Shown: positions 1 through 8,594 of the stretch, in pieces
Layout: each line of letters starts with the position of its first letter
Numbering within the stretch: position 1 is the first letter of the stretch
From: a virus
Direction: 5' to 3' (one strand)
DNA: 64,000 nt
Virus record (IMG/VR): IMGVR_UViG_3300036851_000385
Location: 6,137 to 70,136 of that record
The notes under the pieces: model-generated
Seen by the model: the letters and a program-made list of their open reading frames with translations, nothing else
Database searches by the model: none
What the model was told of the DNA's origin: nothing
Translations under genes and position numbers: made by a program

Positions 1-231
1 TTCCAGGGGGGCCTTAAGCGCCCGGCTGACGCCCAGCGCTGTGTGGTGCTCCTGGAACGCGCGCAAGAGCGCCTCGTCGGAAGGGCGAGGGCGCGAGGGC
101 TCCGCGAGCAGCTTGCGCGCCGCCTCGTGGCTCCTGCCGGTCGCTCTCCCGATCTGGCGGTAGGTGTAGCCCATCGATCGGAGGCTGCGGAACTGCTCGA
201 CCTCCAGGGTCGTGATCGGCCGGTTGGTCAT
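1..231 (-). CDS. HTH DNA-binding protein, partial (runs off left edge)
   Basis: My translation from ATG at 231: MTNRPITTLEVEQFRSLRSMGYTYRQIGRATGRSHEAARKLL, an HTH pattern; start overlaps the upstream stop. Confidence 0.55.
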   Translation of the reverse strand, partial: MTNRPITTLEVEQFRSLRSMGYTYRQIGRATGRSHEAARKLLAEPSRPRPSDEALLRAFQEHHTALGVSRALKAPLE

Positions 232-542
232 GGCGACACCTGCTCATCCATCCGCCAGCCCGGCGTGAGGGCGACGTGCGCGGTCCCGTTGGTGAGGTAG
301 ATGAGCTTCGAGAGAACGCGTTTCGTGCGAAGGGATCGGAGGATCCGATCGACGACAGCGGGGCCGACCCTCGCCCGCACGGCCAGTTCCCCCAGGCTGA
401 CCGGCCCCTCTGCCACGCCCTTGCACCAGGTATCGCAGCAGAGGAACACCGCGATCTGGTGCTCGCGTAGGGAGAGGTGCCGCGCCCAGGCTTCGAGACA
501 GTGAGAGGGAGAGATGCCGACGCGCTCGCCGTTTTGTGTCAT
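228..542 (-). CDS. Winged-helix DNA-binding protein
   Basis: MTQNGERV...VSLGELAVRARVGPAVVDRILRSLRTKRVL; start coupled to upstream stop (ATGA). Confidence 0.55.
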   Translation of the reverse strand: MTQNGERVGISPSHCLEAWARHLSLREHQIAVFLCCDTWCKGVAEGPVSLGELAVRARVGPAVVDRILRSLRTKRVLSKLIYLTNGTAHVALTPGWRMDEQVSP

Positions 543-808
543 GGCGCTTGCCTTGCAAGGGCGTCCCGGCCGGTGTCGGTGACGAGGAGCGCCGAGTTCA
601 GGAACCCCAGCAGGAAGAGCCTGCCGATCGCGGCTTTGATCTCCGCTACGGGCAGCGCCGTGTGCCGCGCGATCTCTCGGGCTGTGCGGAACGCCCCGGC
701 ATCGACGAGAAGCAGGGAGAGGATCGTATGCTCTGCTGAACTGATAGCAGGCTCGGAACGGACAACCGCAGGGCGCAGACCGCCTTGGTCCGCGATACGG
801 AGTGACAC
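539..808 (-). CDS. Winged-helix DNA-binding protein
   Basis: TAREIARHTALPVAEIKAAIGRLFLLGFL...VTDTGRDAL wHTH pattern; start uncertain. Confidence 0.55.
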   Translation of the reverse strand: MSLRIADQGGLRPAVVRSEPAISSAEHTILSLLLVDAGAFRTAREIARHTALPVAEIKAAIGRLFLLGFLNSALLVTDTGRDALARQAP

Positions 809-996
809 GGTGGATGCCTCCGAATACGTGATCGGGCCACGTCGCCGGCACGGCGCGGAGGGTTTTTTCTGGTTTCAGGCCTGCAAATATTGCAGCCCTG
901 GACTTTTTGCGGTAAGATAGGGGTGACGAATTTTGATTCTTTGATTGGTTGTGCGACGGGTCTAGCGCCATACCGGGGGCACCAGCCCTTATACCC

Positions 997-1425
997 CTAG
1001 CCTACCAGGTGCAGCCGGAGCCTCCCCGAGGCCCGGCTCTTTCTTTGTGGACCGGCGCGAGCGGGCGCGATGCAGCCACGATCGCCCTCGGTCGAGTTCT
1101 CCTCGTCAGTGCAAATCGGTTTCAGCTTGTTCGCCTGTCCTCTCCCTTGTCCCTTCCCCCGGTCCCGCTGGAGGAGCTTCTCGTTCTCCAGTTTGTCGAG
1201 CTTATAGCGGACGGTGCGATCCGACACATGCGCCCTTGATGCCATCTCCGGCACCGGCGTCTGCGGCACCGGCTCCGGCGAGAGCATCGCCGCCGCGTCG
1301 GCCAGGATCAGGTCCGCGATCACGAGAGCGGCAGGTCCCCCGGCGGCAAGGACTTGCCGGCGCCAGCCTTCCACGTCCTCCAGGTCCTCAAGGCGCACAG
1401 CGCGTGCCCGGGTCTTCTTAGCCAT
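997..1425 (-). CDS. Winged-helix protein, replication-initiator-like N-terminus
   Basis: VPEMASRAHVSDRTVRYKLDKLENEKLLQRDRGKG; GAGG upstream of ATG. Confidence 0.6.
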   Translation of the reverse strand: MAKKTRARAVRLEDLEDVEGWRRQVLAAGGPAALVIADLILADAAAMLSPEPVPQTPVPEMASRAHVSDRTVRYKLDKLENEKLLQRDRGKGQGRGQANKLKPICTDEENSTEGDRGCIAPARAGPQRKSRASGRLRLHLVG

Positions 1426-1443
1426 CGCCGCGCCCTCTGGAAC

Positions 1444-1932
1444 TCACGGCATCTCGTCGGCGCGCGGATAGCGCAGGAGCCGCCAGCCGCGCCGGGTCTC
1501 GTCGATCCACCCCTTCTCTTGCATTGCCTGAAGCTCTGCCCGTGCAGAGTCGGCATCCACGGCGGCCATTCTGACAAGTTCCTTGAGCGACGTGAAGACC
1601 TTCATCCGATCGGGCACGCGGCCTTCCTTCCTGGCGCGGACGCTCTCGACGCGCACTCGGAGTGCGAGGATGCTCCAGAGCGCGTATCGTACCGGGCCGA
1701 ACCGCTCGATGCTCTCGATGATGCAGTTCGGGATCCAGGTTGCCTCGTCTGGGCCTGCTGGTATATCTGTCGGCCAGAGGATCGGCTCCTCGCCTTCCCC
1801 CGTCTCGCCGCCCTTCCTGCCACACACTTGCTCGGGGTGTTGTGTTGTCACTGCCCCGTTGCCCCTCCCTCCGTCGACCACCGGTCCCTCCACCGCGGTC
1901 GTGAGGTGCAGCCCACTGATCCGCTGTCTCAC
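1444..1932 (-). CDS. Winged-helix protein
   Basis: TSLKELVRMAAVDADSARAELQAMQEKGWIDETRRGWRL; start uncertain. Confidence 0.55.
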   Translation of the reverse strand: MRQRISGLHLTTAVEGPVVDGGRGNGAVTTQHPEQVCGRKGGETGEGEEPILWPTDIPAGPDEATWIPNCIIESIERFGPVRYALWSILALRVRVESVRARKEGRVPDRMKVFTSLKELVRMAAVDADSARAELQAMQEKGWIDETRRGWRLLRYPRADEMP

Positions 1933-2079
1933 TCCCCATCGGGTGTCTCCGAGCCGTCCCCCTCGGCTCCGTGAATGCTCACTACGGCAATGTATTCATC
2001 TGCCGCCTCGTCACTGAGGCGGGAACGCCTGCGCCGATGCAGGCCGGCAGTGGTGCGAGCAATGGAGGTTTTGCACGCC

Positions 2080-2109
2080 TTGACAGGAACACGGCGACGG
2101 GTGTAAAAT
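2080..2109 (+). promoter_or_regulatory. Sigma70-type promoter
   Basis: TTGACA (2080-2085), 18 bp spacer, TAAAAT (2104-2109). Confidence 0.55.
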
Positions 2110-2267
2110 AGGCACGTATCTCTGTGCGCGGTTTCTTTTCTCACGGCGGCCGGTTCCCTCAAAGTGCCGGCCGCCGCTATGTACCGCCTATTGCTCCCTC
2201 GCCGCTTCCTATCCGATGAGTGCTGTTTCGGTGTCCTCCGCCGGTTCCCCTATTCGGATCCCTTGTC

Positions 2268-2741
2268 TCATCGACGCCGTTCTCGCAGCAGCCTCCGCAG
2301 ACTGCCGGCTAGAGACATACCCCATTCGTCTGCTAACTCCTCAAGAGACTGCCGTTCGTCAGGGCTCAGCAAGACCAACAATGAGCAGGTTCTTCGGCAA
2401 ATCGTGGTCCTGGGGCGTGCTGAAATCAGTCCCCGTGGCCTCCCCTTGGTATTTAGAGGAGGGGTGAAATGAGCAATCAGAGCGGCCTCGATCTCGTCCA
2501 GAAGGGTTACATCCTCGACGAGGAGCCAAGCGATACGTACGTTAGGAAGGTGTTCCACCTGTTCGGTTCGATGGTGGTTCTTCCACCGCGCCCATAAGGA
2601 GATCGCTTTGCCGATGTAGAGAACGACATCCCCTTCGCCCAGCACGAAGTAAACGGCGGCCTCTTTCGGGAGTGTCTTCCGTTCCGCTAGCGCCTTATGC
2701 GGTAGGTTGGCGACGGCGAGTTCGTCGGGTCTTGGGATCAT
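2268..2741 (-). CDS. GIY-YIG nuclease with C-terminal ribbon-helix-helix-like domain
   Basis: AVYFVLGEGDVVLYIGKAISLWARWKNH...EIEAALIAHFTPPLN; C-terminus LVLLSPDERQSLEELADEWGMSLAGSLRRLL. Confidence 0.8.
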   Translation of the reverse strand: MIPRPDELAVANLPHKALAERKTLPKEAAVYFVLGEGDVVLYIGKAISLWARWKNHHRTEQVEHLPNVRIAWLLVEDVTLLDEIEAALIAHFTPPLNTKGRPRGLISARPRTTICRRTCSLLVLLSPDERQSLEELADEWGMSLAGSLRRLLRERRR

Positions 2742-2895
2742 CTTCCCGGCGCCTTTCTTGGATAAGCCGGCGGACGGTGCCCGCCAGCGACAATTTCCAG
2801 CCGCTCGCCAGCGCCTCAAGTTCTTCCCGTTCTTCCGGGTCGAGACGAACGAGGACCGGAACCCTCTGTGATACCGAACCGTTATCATCGCGCAT
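2695..2895 (-). CDS. Ribbon-helix-helix (CopG-like) protein
   Basis: VPVLVRLDPEEREELEALASGWKLSLAGTVRRLIQE. Confidence 0.7.
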   Translation of the reverse strand: MRDDNGSVSQRVPVLVRLDPEEREELEALASGWKLSLAGTVRRLIQERRREDDPKTRRTRRRQPTA

Positions 2896-2960
2896 GGCCT
2901 GAGTGTATCACCTTCCGAGCCTGCTGTGTCCTCTTTTTCTACAACCGTTATACTTACCGT

Positions 2961-3755
2961 ATGACCGTCAAGACGGCCGACAAGTCGCTCCTTCACCTAT
3001 ACCCACCGTTTCGCGCGAAGCTCGCCCAGGTTCTCAAGGAGACCGAAGCCGCGCTCGGAGAGCCGTGGGTGGCTACAGAGACCTATCGATCGCCGGAACG
3101 TCAGCTCTACCTTTTCGCCCAGGGAAGGACGCGGCCCGGCCCCGTCATCACCTGGTTGAAAAGCCCGCAGTGGCATGGGGCCGGCCTTGCTGCTGACTGT
3201 ATGTCGAAGTCCCGCGTCGGAGTCCCAAGCGGCTACCAGGCGCCTCGACTATGGTGGGAGACCTATCGCCGGATCTACATGGCGCACGGCCTTGAGAACC
3301 CGGCATGGAGCAAGGGGGACCTCGGCCACGTCCAGCTCTCCGACCCCGCCGTCCGCGCCCGCGCCCTCGTGTGGGTGCGCGCCGGCTTCAAGGAACCAGC
3401 CGTGAGCCGTGAGCCGTCAGCCGTAGACCCGGCTACCGGCTTACCGCTACCGGCTATCTCCGTCATGGTCGACGGCCAGCCGGTGCCCGACGCCGACGCC
3501 TACCTCGACAGCGGTAAGGCGTGGGTGAAGCTCCGACCTGTGACCGACAGCCTGGATCTGGTGATCGCGGAGGTCACGGGGAAGGGAGCGACTCGCCTGG
3601 CAGTGCTGGTGGACGACAGCGATGAGTGGCGTGTGCCGGTGGCGCTGAAGGAGGGCAGGGCCTACGTGAAAGCCACCGACTTGCCGGCGGGGGTCTATTG
3701 GGTCGGCGGTGAAAAGTTGCTCTCGATCACGCCGAGGCGGAGGAATGGGCCATGA
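2961..3755 (+). CDS. Endolysin, peptidase M15 family, with C-terminal copper-amine-oxidase-N-like domain
   Basis: ETYRSPERQLYLFAQGRT, H-x6-D (HGAGLAAD) and DLGHVQL Zn ligands; C-terminal GKAWVKLRPV and GRAYVKA; TATACT 6 nt before ATG (leaderless). Confidence 0.85.
   Translation: MTVKTADKSLLHLYPPFRAKLAQVLKETEAALGEPWVATETYRSPERQLYLFAQGRTRPGPVITWLKSPQWHGAGLAADCMSKSRVGVPSGYQAPRLWWETYRRIYMAHGLENPAWSKGDLGHVQLSDPAVRARALVWVRAGFKEPAVSREPSAVDPATGLPLPAISVMVDGQPVPDADAYLDSGKAWVKLRPVTDSLDLVIAEVTGKGATRLAVLVDDSDEWRVPVALKEGRAYVKATDLPAGVYWVGGEKLLSITPRRRNGP
3398..3457. repeat. Heptamer-arm imperfect palindrome inside endolysin linker
   Basis: (AGCCGTN)x4 followed by about four CGGCTAC-like units. Confidence 0.7.
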
Positions 3756-4003
3756 CGAGCGCGGAGCGGTTCGTTCTCATCGTGCAGACGGCGGCGGTTG
3801 TGGAGGACATCCAGGGAGGCCGGACGCTCGCGGGGGCTGTGGTGTCGCAGGCGGCTCTCCTTGCGGAGCGGTTCTTCCCCCACGGTACGATCTCGCCGGA
3901 GCGCGCGGCCAGCGACCTGATCGAGTGGAATTACGGACGGACGGGGCCTCCTGACTGGTGGACGCGGGAGGTCGCTGAATGGCTGACGCGCGAGAGCCGG
4001 TGA
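3752..4003 (+). CDS. Hypothetical protein
   Basis: 83 aa ORF coupled to endolysin stop, GGAGG upstream. Confidence 0.6.
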   Translation: MTSAERFVLIVQTAAVVEDIQGGRTLAGAVVSQAALLAERFFPHGTISPERAASDLIEWNYGRTGPPDWWTREVAEWLTRESR

Positions 4004-4227
4004 TGAGGGACCTCGAATCTCTGGCCCGCGCCGAGCAAGCCGCGAGCATCCCACGCGAGAGGGCGATGGAGCCGCGGCACGATCTGGAGTGGGGGGAAGA
4101 GGCGCACCCGTGCGGGTTGTGCGGAAAGCTGACGCCCTACGTCGATTGGACCTTCGTCTGCTTCCTGTGCCCACATCCCTGCTATCACGGAATGTGGCGC
4201 ATTTACGTGGAGGCGTGCCGGCGATGA
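4003..4227 (+). CDS. Small Cys-rich protein
   Basis: CGLCG and CFLCPHPC motifs; coupled start. Confidence 0.5.
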   Translation: MRDLESLARAEQAASIPRERAMEPRHDLEWGEEAHPCGLCGKLTPYVDWTFVCFLCPHPCYHGMWRIYVEACRR

Positions 4228-4490
4228 TCGACACCTACACCAAAGCCGTAGCGGAGCAGCAAGCCGCGGCCGTCCCAGCTCCGGACGGATCGCCTCTCTA
4301 TTCAGCAGCGCAGCAAGAGCAGTATCGCCGCGCCGCGCTGCATCTGCGGCACGCGGCGGTCTCTTTGGAGGCGGTGGCGACGGCAACCGACGTGCGGCTG
4401 GCGAGGGCGAGTCTGGCCGGGGCGTATCGCTTTCTCAAGGAGGCCAGGAGGCTGGTGGCGGAGGCGGTGGGCGGGGAGGGCGGCGGATGA
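4224..4490 (+). CDS. Hypothetical helical protein
   Basis: MIDTYTKAVAE...; ATGA overlap, GGAGG upstream. Confidence 0.55.
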   Translation: MIDTYTKAVAEQQAAAVPAPDGSPLYSAAQQEQYRRAALHLRHAAVSLEAVATATDVRLARASLAGAYRFLKEARRLVAEAVGGEGGG

Positions 4491-4690
4491 GCGCGGAACT
4501 GGGCTACCGAATTGCCGGAGCCGTGGCGGGAACCGTCTGCGGCGTGCTATTGGGTCTGCTGCTCCTGTGTGGCGGCTTGATCCTCTACCTCGAAATCAAG
4601 TACCGGCGCGGGCTACCCTGGCTTCCTCTTGATCCACCGCCATCCCACGAACGCCAGCCCCACCCCGACCACCGCGAGCTTCAACGGTAG
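4487..4690 (+). CDS. Small membrane protein (holin candidate)
   Basis: Hydrophobic AGAVAGTVCGVLLGLLLLCGGLILYL; same operon as endolysin. Confidence 0.5.
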   Translation: MSAELGYRIAGAVAGTVCGVLLGLLLLCGGLILYLEIKYRRGLPWLPLDPPPSHERQPHPDHRELQR

Positions 4691-4828
4691 CGGGATGGCA
4701 GCGCCTGCGATCAGGTTGCCAAGGGTCGAGGTCGCGACACTCGTAGCCGCCTCGCCGGGAGTGGGCAGAGCCCGGCGGATGTCCTCCGCCAGGCCCTGCA
4801 CCTGCGCCTGCCGCTCCTCCTCGGTCAT
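4613..4828 (-). CDS. Small membrane protein
   Basis: C-terminal TM LAVVGVGLAFVGWRW; coupled to upstream ORF. Confidence 0.55.
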   Translation of the reverse strand: MTEEERQAQVQGLAEDIRRALPTPGEAATSVATSTLGNLIAGAAIPLPLKLAVVGVGLAFVGWRWIKRKPG

Positions 4829-5058
4829 GGCTTCCGCCGGCTCCGCAACAAGGCGGCGGTCACGCCCGACAGCACGAGGCCGCTCACGACGGCACCGATG
4901 ACCAGTCGGCGGGAGCGGCGCTGGAGCCAGGAGGACCGGCCGAAGCCGCTCTCCTGGGCCGTGTCCTCGTGACTCACCAGGGTCCCGACGTGTTCGCTCA
5001 ACTGATCGCTTTCGGTTCCTCGGCGTGGAGGATCTCCAGGATCAGGGTGGCCCGGCAC
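4825..5058 (-). CDS. Small membrane protein
   Basis: TM LVIGAVVSGLVLSGVTAALL; start uncertain. Confidence 0.45.
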   Translation of the reverse strand: MPGHPDPGDPPRRGTESDQLSEHVGTLVSHEDTAQESGFGRSSWLQRRSRRLVIGAVVSGLVLSGVTAALLRSRRKP

Positions 5059-5219
5059 GTCCGGCCCCCGAGCTTGAAGCCGACCGCCCCCTCTGTCTTG
5101 ATCCCCTTCTCGATGAAGTCGTCGAAGGTGCCCGCGAGCGTGTTGGTGATCGCCGCCGTTGCCGCCACCGCTTCCTTGGCGGTGCCCGTTACGACTCCGG
5201 TGACTTCTTTGACTGGCAT
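4998..5219 (-). CDS. Hypothetical protein
   Basis: MPVKEVTG... with AAGGA RBS. Confidence 0.55.
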   Translation of the reverse strand: MPVKEVTGVVTGTAKEAVAATAAITNTLAGTFDDFIEKGIKTEGAVGFKLGGRTCRATLILEILHAEEPKAIS

Positions 5220-5232
5220 GGTTGGTTTCCTT

Positions 5233-5370
5233 TCAGGTGTCGCGGTCCTTGATCTGCTGATCGAGGTCCGCAAGCTCTCTGTTGATCTGTCTGATCCGCG
5301 TCCAACAGTACCCGACGACCAGGCCCGCGAGGAAGCCCATGCCGAAGGTAAAGAGAAAGTCGTAGGTCAC
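5233..5370 (-). CDS. Small membrane protein (45 aa)
   Basis: My translation MTYDFLFTFGMGFLAGLVVGYCWTRIRQINRELADLDQQIKDRDT; GTG overlaps upstream stop. Confidence 0.55.
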   Translation of the reverse strand: MTYDFLFTFGMGFLAGLVVGYCWTRIRQINRELADLDQQIKDRDT

Positions 5371-6299
5371 AGGCGCACCACTGACATCCTAGCGAACCCT
5401 CGGTTGCCCGTGCGCCGCCGCGCAACATATCCGGCAGAAGAGGAGGTACCGACGGTCCAGCCGCCGCCTACCGAGATTTCGCAGTGCCCGATGCGATTTC
5501 TGGACTTCCAGAAAAACAAGTAATCTCCCCTGCGCCAGTAAGGATACCACGGAGCATATCGTGTGCTTGCTTTAGAGGCCACAAGGCGACCGCCGCGCCT
5601 TCGTAGCTGCGAATATTGCGCGTGGGCGCCGAAGCTGAGGCCCGGCCTCCCGCACTTCCTTGCACAGTAAGCAGTAAAGGCCGCGCACGCTATTCTAGGA
5701 TTGCGATAGAACGCACGGTTCCTTGTTCGTGCGTTCCCCTGGATCACCGCGTGCTTTCCGGCGCAGACGCCGAGCTTCGTCTGGAGCGCCTTCGGAGCAA
5801 CGAGCTTCAACTCCCTGATCGGGATCGTTACCTCTTTGCGGGGGAGCCGGAGCGTGATCGTGTCCTTCCCGTCGATCGAGGTGACGATCGGCGCCGCGGG
5901 TTCGGTGAAGTCGGTACCGCCGACCGTGAAGCTCGGCACGACCGCTCTCTCCTTGTCTACCTGCTTCGCCGAAACTGCCTGCGTGCCCATCGGCACCTCC
6001 GGCGGCGGCGGCATCTCCTTGCGCGGCGGAACAGGAGGACCGGAAGGGCGCCGAGCACCAGGCGCCGAGCGCCGAGCAGGGATCGGGCTCGGCGCTCGGC
6101 GCCTGGTGCTCGGCGCTATCCCCGGTTTCGCGCGCTCCTCCTCTCCTGCTGGCCACAGCGCCACCACGAGCCCGTAGACGCTGGCGATGGCGACCGCGAG
6201 CAGGAAGAGACCGATCCCCCACCCCAGCCGCCGGCAGCCGCGCTCCTGTCTGCGCTCTTCCGGTGTCGGACCGGCAGGCGGAGAGGAGTAGTCGTTCAT
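5367..6299 (-). CDS. Membrane-anchored NlpC/P60 (CHAP-like) cysteine peptidase
   Basis: N-terminal TM, Pro-rich linker, catalytic CAAFTAY and GDYLFF...IGHCEISVGGG. Confidence 0.75.
   Translation of the reverse strand: MNDYSSPPAGPTPEERRQERGCRRLGWGIGLFLLAVAIASVYGLVVALWPAGEEERAKPGIAPSTRRRAPSPIPARRSAPGARRPSGPPVPPRKEMPPPPEVPMGTQAVSAKQVDKERAVVPSFTVGGTDFTEPAAPIVTSIDGKDTITLRLPRKEVTIPIRELKLVAPKALQTKLGVCAGKHAVIQGNARTRNRAFYRNPRIACAAFTAYCARKCGRPGLSFGAHAQYSQLRRRGGRLVASKASTRYAPWYPYWRRGDYLFFWKSRNRIGHCEISVGGGWTVGTSSSAGYVARRRTGNRGFARMSVVRL
6048..6116. repeat. Perfect 30-bp inverted repeat with heptamer arms, in frame in NlpC/P60 linker
   Basis: GCGCCGAGCACCAGGCGCCGAGCGCCGAGC, 9 nt loop, exact reverse complement; 69 nt total. 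Confidence 0.9.
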
Positions 6300-6544
6300 G
6301 AGGCGGCATCCTTCTCCATGCCCCACACGAGGCAGTAGAGCCACCACGCGCCAAGCGCCACGAGGGAGCCGAAGGAGCAGACCATCCACCAGGGGTTAAC
6401 ACTGTGGATCGCCGTCTCTTGACCGTATCTGTTCACCGTGGCGATCATATTGGCGCGATAGGTCATGAACACCGCGAGCGAAGTCAGCAGGAGGAACAGG
6501 CCTCCGCCGATCACTGTGAGGAGTGCCGCCCGCCGGACGCTCAC
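6296..6544 (-). CDS. Two-TM membrane protein
   Basis: Two hydrophobic segments; coupled to both neighbours. Confidence 0.6.
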   Translation of the reverse strand: MSVRRAALLTVIGGGLFLLLTSLAVFMTYRANMIATVNRYGQETAIHSVNPWWMVCSFGSLVALGAWWLYCLVWGMEKDAAS

Positions 6545-6837
6545 CGGGGCTTCCCCAGCGGCTCCGGCGACGGGATCGGCACCGGCCCTCCCGGCATCTT
6601 CTGCTCGATTTTGTCAAGCCGCGCTTCGATCGCCGTAAGGCGCGCGAGGATCTGCTCCGCCGTTTTCCTCGGAATGGCGTCCAAGAGATCCCGCAGCTTG
6701 ATCTGCACCGTCTGCTCCGGCGGCTTCGGTATCGGTGCGGCCGTCGCCGTGTCGATCCGCCACAGGTAGAGGATACACGCGACGACCGCGAGCCAGAACA
6801 CGAACAAGACGCGGTTGGAGATGCCCTCGGTTCTCAT
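6541..6837 (-). CDS. Secreted or membrane-anchored small coiled-coil protein
   Basis: N-terminal hydrophobic helix; LARLTAIEARLDKIEQK. Confidence 0.6.
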   Translation of the reverse strand: MRTEGISNRVLFVFWLAVVACILYLWRIDTATAAPIPKPPEQTVQIKLRDLLDAIPRKTAEQILARLTAIEARLDKIEQKMPGGPVPIPSPEPLGKPR

Positions 6838-8594
6838 TGTCCTCGCCTCGTGCCGAAAACTTGTACCCAGTACGCTCCGTCCTTCGCGATGCCGATCTCC
6901 TTGAAAGCCGGGTTCAGGATGTTCGCGCGGTGGCCGGGGCTTGCCATCCAGGCTCTCATAACTGATTGAGCAGTAGGGTAGCCAGCGGCCACGTTCTCCC
7001 CCCAGTTGATCGCCTGGTAGCCGGTGCGCGCGATCCGCTGCCCCGGAGTGCTGCCGTCGGATCCGGTGTGGGTCATCTGGTTTCGCGCTCGCATGTCGGC
7101 CGCGTGCGTCGTCGCCGCGAGCAGCAGGTACGGGTGCAGGATAAGCACCCCCGCGCCGGCCGCGCGCCGCTCGTTGTTGACGATCGAGAGCACTTCCGCC
7201 ACGACCGCATCCGCCCCCGGATCCGGGGGCGGCACAGGGATCGGCGGCTCCGGCACCGGCACCGGCGGCCCTGGGCCGGGAGGTTGAGGGCTTCCCCCCG
7301 GCCCTGCCGCCCGCTCGCAGGCCGCGGCCGCGTTCACGCAGCCGGCGCCGTACTGCACGTCGACGCCTTTAGGTCCCAGATCGGTCGCCGTGCCCATCAG
7401 TAGCAACTTCAACTCAGGTCGCGTGATCGAGGGCCGGAGACTTTTGACCAGGGCCGCAACACCCGTGACCATCGGCGCGGCCATCGAGGTCCCGCTGAAC
7501 CAGAAGTACCCGGTCCCTTTCTTGTTGAACGTCTGCTGGAGGATTTGAACCCCCGGCGCCACGATCCCCAGTCCCGGCCCGTACTGTGAAAACGCGGCGC
7601 GGCTGCCGTTCTCCTCGATCGCCCCCACCGAGAGCGTCTCCGAATACGCGGCCGGATAGGTGATGGAGGCGTTCCCGCCGTTCCCGGAGGAGCACACCAG
7701 GAGCACGTTTTTGGAGGTGGCGTAGGCGACCGCGTCTTTCAAGGTCTGGCTGGGGCTGCCTCCCACCGAAAGATTGATGATCGAGCATCCCTGATCGACC
7801 GCATAGCGGATGGCCGCGCCGATGGTAAAATTCGTGCCCCGGCCGTTAAGATCCAGGGCCTTGACCGAGAGGATTTTCGCGGCAGGGGCGGTGCCTGCCG
7901 TTCCCATCCGGTTGTCGGTCGCCTGGGCGATCGTGCCCGCGACGTGAGAGCCGTGCCCGTTGTCGTCGGTGCCCCCGACTCTTCCGGTGATCGCGTTGTA
8001 AGGAGGCAGGAACCGGGTGCCCGCGAGATCCGAGAGCCCCTGCCGGATCCCTGAGTCCACGATGCCCACGGTGACGTTTGCGCCGCGGCTGTACCGCCGG
8101 GCGAGCGGCAGCCGGATTCCCACACCCTGGTCCATCATCCCCCACTGGTGACTCCAGTAGGTGTCGTTGGGGATAGAAGGCTGCGGGGGTATCTGCTGGC
8201 GAGCCGGCGCCTGCGCGGAGGTGCCGGAGGCCGGCTCGCCGATGCTGCGCCTCGTCCTCCGTGATACCCCGTGAGCACGGAAGGCCATCACCTGCGCCGG
8301 CCGAATGCTGTACATCCAGATTTCCGGCTCGACGTACTTGACGAGCGTTTTTAGAGGGGCGGGGAGGACGAACCGGCGGGCCCTGGGGGTAACGACCAGA
8401 TAGGGGCTGACCTTGCCCCCCTTGCGGTACTGCCCTTCCAGGTGATCCCGGATCCGCAGGAGCCGGGGCGGCGGCGGCGTCTCTTTCAGGCGGATGATAT
8501 ACCGGCCGGTGTGGTTGGAAGAGCCAGGAGCGGCGGAGCCGGGCGCGCCCAGTCCGACGAGCGCGAGGGCAAGCAGAAGAGTCGAAGTTCTCAT
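6834..8594 (-). CDS. Secreted subtilisin-like S8 protease fused to C-terminal CAP/SCP domain
   Basis: Signal peptide; triad VGIVDSG, HGSHVAG, SGTSMAAP; CAP motifs VNNERRAAG, GENVA, WMASPGHRANILN. Confidence 0.92.
   Translation of the reverse strand: MRTSTLLLALALVGLGAPGSAAPGSSNHTGRYIIRLKETPPPPRLLRIRDHLEGQYRKGGKVSPYLVVTPRARRFVLPAPLKTLVKYVEPEIWMYSIRPAQVMAFRAHGVSRRTRRSIGEPASGTSAQAPARQQIPPQPSIPNDTYWSHQWGMMDQGVGIRLPLARRYSRGANVTVGIVDSGIRQGLSDLAGTRFLPPYNAITGRVGGTDDNGHGSHVAGTIAQATDNRMGTAGTAPAAKILSVKALDLNGRGTNFTIGAAIRYAVDQGCSIINLSVGGSPSQTLKDAVAYATSKNVLLVCSSGNGGNASITYPAAYSETLSVGAIEENGSRAAFSQYGPGLGIVAPGVQILQQTFNKKGTGYFWFSGTSMAAPMVTGVAALVKSLRPSITRPELKLLLMGTATDLGPKGVDVQYGAGCVNAAAACERAAGPGGSPQPPGPGPPVPVPEPPIPVPPPDPGADAVVAEVLSIVNNERRAAGAGVLILHPYLLLAATTHAADMRARNQMTHTGSDGSTPGQRIARTGYQAINWGENVAAGYPTAQSVMRAWMASPGHRANILNPAFKEIGIAKDGAYWVQVFGTRRGQ

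Noticed and set aside
840-1000. TAG readthrough or frameshift joining 997-1425 to 228-971
   Set aside because: TAG ends many clear genes here (e.g. 33319, 34756, 41276) and the extensions have no recognisable motif
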